DNA of 64,000 nt from Thalia democratica (taxonomy: Eukaryota): contig OZ241830.1 in assembly GCA_965202585.1 (NCBI GenBank), positions 80,910,001 to 80,974,000 on the forward strand. Direction: 5' to 3'. The notes beneath the pieces are model-generated. The model did not search any database, was not told the origin of the DNA, and worked only from the letters and a program-made list of their open reading frames with translations. The translations under genes and the position numbers were made by a program. Below, piece by piece: positions 60,001 to 64,000 of this stretch; positions within the stretch are counted from its first letter, which is position 1, and every line of letters starts with the position of its first letter.

Positions 60001-60752
60001 TCAGATAAACTTACTAAAGTTATCTTGAAAAAATTAAATTGAGTTGACATTTGATTGCAGTTTAGACTCCTACTTTATAATTTTGTTAAAAGTTTTTACA
60101 AAAAAAACATAAAAATACTCTATTGATCAAGTTTAAGTGTTATTTGTTTTACTTACTCTTTTAAATTAAACCTTTATAGGTATAACTTGTTTTGATAATT
60201 TTCACTTTAAAAACCTCCAAAAAGCAATTGTTCAAGATGTTTTGTTACTTACATTTGCTAACTTAATAGATATTTTTGAAGCATATTACTTAAGAACTTT
60301 TGTTAAGTTTACAAAGTTTAAAAAATGTAACAAAACTACAGGCTTTGAGTTCAGTTAAAGAAATATTAAAAACAACACTTACTTTAACAAGTTTTTTGTT
60401 TTTTTTTTCTAAAAACAAAAAAAAATATTATTAAAGTTCAGTAATGTGCAAAATTTGTATGAATAAATTTTAAGTATGAAGTATTACAAGTAATTGCACA
60501 GACTTAATAGACTTTATTTATATTTATTTTCAAATAAAAAGTTTTAAGACATTTAAACTTATTTTATAATTAAGGTAACTTAAATTTTTAAAGTTTTCCT
60601 CCTTATGTATAACACATCAACAAACTTTCTCTATATTTTAATTCCAATTTATCAAAAAGAGTAAAACTTTTCTGCAAATCTTTATTAGTTTTATTTTGAT
60701 ATTTTCTTATAAACACAGTAATTCAAATTTTTTTAATTAATATTCCAAACAT

Positions 60753-62080
60753 TTATCTGACAGCAATGACAGGCAACAGAGCGAACAAGCTCGATACCAA
60801 CGAAACCACGAAACTTGCGGATTTACTTTCACCCGAGCTTTTTTGGTTACCTGCAGTCCGGTCTGCGATTTTCGGTCCCTGCGTAATTAGCTTTATAACA
60901 GACTTCTTGGTCGCACTCTTCTTTGTCGCTTGCGATTTTTTGGTGGTGATAGTGGTCTTGATGGTCGTGTTGGTCTCGTTACTAGGTTTCTCAACAGTCT
61001 TATCTGCTGGAGGAGCTAAGTAAGTCTCAGTCGTTGCGTTTTCGGGGATTCCCTTCACGTTACATTCGTTCCCGTTGTCACAGAATATACACTTGGCAAC
61101 TCTGTCAAAAGATAGATTTTGGTTGGTTTTAGCAAGTATAAGTTGAGAAAATGCAAACTGGTGATAACAGAGTTTATGTTGTTTATTGTTAAACCATATT
61201 GATTTTTTGATATTTAGTTTGCCTCTAAAAATAGCTTCAACTTATTTTTGACTTGACCTTTAAGTTAATCTGTTTTAACACTTAGCCAAATACTCTACCT
61301 AAAAATAAACAGTAAACTAGAGATAACTAGTTGAAGCATTTAAAGATATTTGTATCAAACTTAAGCATAAAATATACCTACTTCCTAAGCTAAAACCTTT
61401 TTTTTTGCACTTTCATTAAAAAAATACAACATATATATATGAATTAAAAACTTACTCTATGCGCCGAATTTTGAAGTCTGCAGTGAAAACTTGATTTGAA
61501 TCGTATATCGCAAAAAAGTTCTTGCAACCTGTAGCATTGACGCATTCACCGTAGGAAAATTTGTCGTCTGTTATAAGAATTAAACGTTTTCTAAAGCAAT
61601 TGCTTTAGTAATACTAATCAAACTCAAGTTTTCACAAAGGTTGAAAATAGTCAAGCAAAAGTTTGTTAAATATAACAAACTTTACTTTAAGCTAACAAAA
61701 CTAACTAGCCTAAAGTGTAAGAATTAAAAATTAAATTGAAAAAGTTTATACATAAAAAAAAGAGGTGTTATAATTGTAGAACAGAGTATTAGTAAAACAA
61801 AAAAAGTTATGTTTAACGTTTATCTCCAACTAAACGTTTGAAAAATAAAACGTTGTATTTATCAACAAATAAACTTACATATACTTCCATTTTCAAATTC
61901 AATGTTTTCACCTTCAATTCTTATGCATGTACTGTTTTCATCCTGGCAATCTACAGTGTCGCCTTGGACTGTTTCTGTTCCGTATTGGAAAAAATGTTTG
62001 CATGTTAAACTTTCGCAATTGAAGCTCTTCACCAGTAAGAAAGCAACAAGTGTGATAAGCATCTTTTTATTCATACTCAT
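60753..62080 (-). CDS. Secreted, probably GPI-anchored Ly6/uPAR (three-finger)-like protein with a Thr/Lys-rich stalk, 220 aa, 3 exons
   Basis: Exons 61879-62080, 61456-61567, 60753-61101; both donors GTAAGT, phases 1 and 2 consistent. Signal peptide MSMNKKMLITLVAFLLVKSFNCES, then LTC...C...C...C...C...CIFCDNGNECN (8 Cys ending in CN), N-glycosylation sequons NST/NAT/NET/NTT, stalk, and a hydrophobic tail SFVVSLVSSLFALLPVIAVR* without a cytoplasmic domain. Confidence 0.85.
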
Positions 62081-64000
62081 TCTTTATTTGTTTGATTATT
62101 GAATTTTTCTGTGAAATAAAAATCTTCATTGATTACAAAACTTTAGTTCACTTGTAAAACTTTCATCTACGAATTCAAAAACTTAAAATTGTAATAAAAT
62201 ATTGTAAAGTTTTAAGCTGTATAAACGAATTTATTGACCAATCCTTTTAAAACTTTGGACCAATAAGTTTAAACTTTTAATTTCAAAACTAACTGATAAA
62301 AAAACTATTAAGTCTTTGACACAACATAGAATAAATCTAGCTTGAACTAAAAATTTTTCATAGAAATCTGTCTTGATTAAGCAATAAAATGATTCTATTT
62401 CAAACGACATCATTAAAAAAAAGTTTTAGCAAATGAACACGTATACAGAATTTCCAGTTATATACAGCTGTTTTCATTCAACACAAAATTAACAAAATAA
62501 TTTTCTTCCTAATTAACAAATAGAAAATGACCATAGACTTCCTTATGTTAAAGTTTATTAACATACAACATTTAATACGTAATTATCCATTGGTTGTTAA
62601 AAATAGAAAGCTAATTTGCACATAATTAAAATGTTTAAGTTCATTTGACTAACTCATTAAAATATAAGTTTAAAAACACTTTATTAAAGTACCAAAAAAT
62701 ATTAAATAATGTATGGTGTTTATATTTAGTTGTATAAGTTTGTTAAAACTTTATGCAAACTAAATTAACCTTTCAAAGTTTCGAATAAAAAAGTTTACTA
62801 AAGTTTAGCTTTAAAAAGTTTTCATATAAATTTTTTTATTTAGTTTTGAAATATGTACAACTAATCTTTTAATTCTTACAAAATGTTTAAGCAATTAAAG
62901 TTTTTACTTCTTTTTAATTTATAAATATGCAATAACTTCAAATTAACAGTAAGTTAAAGTCTTTGTAAACTTAAATTATGTTTATTAGACTTGAATTTTT
63001 TTATTTTAAACCTATGAAACTGAATGGAGTTCTTTAATGCAGTTTACAAATTTTTAAATTGGTTTTGAAAATTGTTGTAGTTAGAATGTGGCAATGCTCA
63101 AATTTCAAAACAAAAAAGAAAATAAACCTTTATAAGAACGAGCAAGCTAAATTTAATTGTCATGTTAATAAAAAAATGTATAAAAATTTAAATTAAGCTT
63201 TAATTGCAATAAAAAAAGTAACATATTATTTCAAAGTTATTAAATTCTTTTTTTTTTACTTTTAGAAGTAAAAACTAGGGTTACATGTGAATTTAAATTC
63301 GGTTAATTCGAATTCCGACAATTAAAAAGAAAATGTTTAAAAGGCCACAACTTAAAACATAAAACATACTTAAAAAAACAAGTTATTAATAAAACTTTGA
63401 TAATAAAAAAAAGGTTTGAAAAAAAAAATGCTAAACAATTATTTTAGTTTTTAAAAGTCACTATATTTCAGTATTTCTTTTAGCCATGCCTCAAAAAAAA
63501 ACTTTAAACTTTGCAAAAATGATTCACGTTAGTATAAAAAGTAGTTTAAATTTGTTTTTATAAAGAGACAACTGACAAATATTATAATGTTGTCGAAATT
63601 TGAGTTTTCGAAATTAAACTGTTCGAATTTGAACAGTCGTCCACCCAAAACTTAGTAATTGATGAGCTATATTTACTAACTGACAAAAAATTGTTTAAAG
63701 CATTAGATTGTAACTTTATCACACTTTGTTAAAACCTCGGAACTTTACTACTTTGAAAATTATAAAAAATGTTGTTTTATACTTATAATTTTATAAATTT
63801 AATTATACAATTTTGTTTCCTAATTCTGTTGTTATCATCTATGGTTTTTTTTTAAACTTAGTAAAAAAATTCTAACAACGTTGAGAATTTTAATAAGTTT
63901 TTTTTGTACAATTTCACCATAGCTCGTACTTATTTATACTTCAAATTTTATTCAATTTTTTTACCTTACTTAATTTTAAAAACTAAAAACGATAATGTAA

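Overview
Very AT-rich, intron- and transposon-rich eukaryotic DNA; animal-like gene content, species not determinable from sequence alone (the TE mix resembles Hydra-type invertebrates, inference only). Five spliced protein-coding genes were reconstructed by hand from GT-AG sites and phase-consistent frames: (1) a FET-family (FUS/EWSR1/TAF15) RNA-binding protein gene on the minus strand (31538 to 18080, 14 exons, about 582 aa) with a Q/G/Y-rich N-terminus, RGG boxes, RRM and C-terminal PY motif but no RanBP2 zinc finger; (2,3) two paralogous three-exon genes encoding tandem di-ubiquitin-like proteins without a C-terminal Gly-Gly, lying in the arms of a roughly 5-kb inverted duplication that brackets the FET gene; (4) COMMD7 on the plus strand (48341-53305, 4 exons, 208 aa), with two stop-containing tandem copies of its last-exon start; (5) a secreted, probably GPI-anchored Ly6/uPAR-like Cys-rich protein with a Thr/Lys stalk on the minus strand (62080 to 60753). 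The rest is non-autonomous DNA transposons (foldback/Mutator-type with 9-bp TSDs, hAT-type MITEs, Kolobok-type TTAA elements, a Tc1/pogo-type MITE, a Helitron-like end), an RTE LINE 3' end, a frequent short dispersed repeat and minisatellites. Most ORFs in the supplied track are antisense or off-frame shadows of real exons, or repeat artefacts. No CRISPR array, rRNA or intact tRNA was found.
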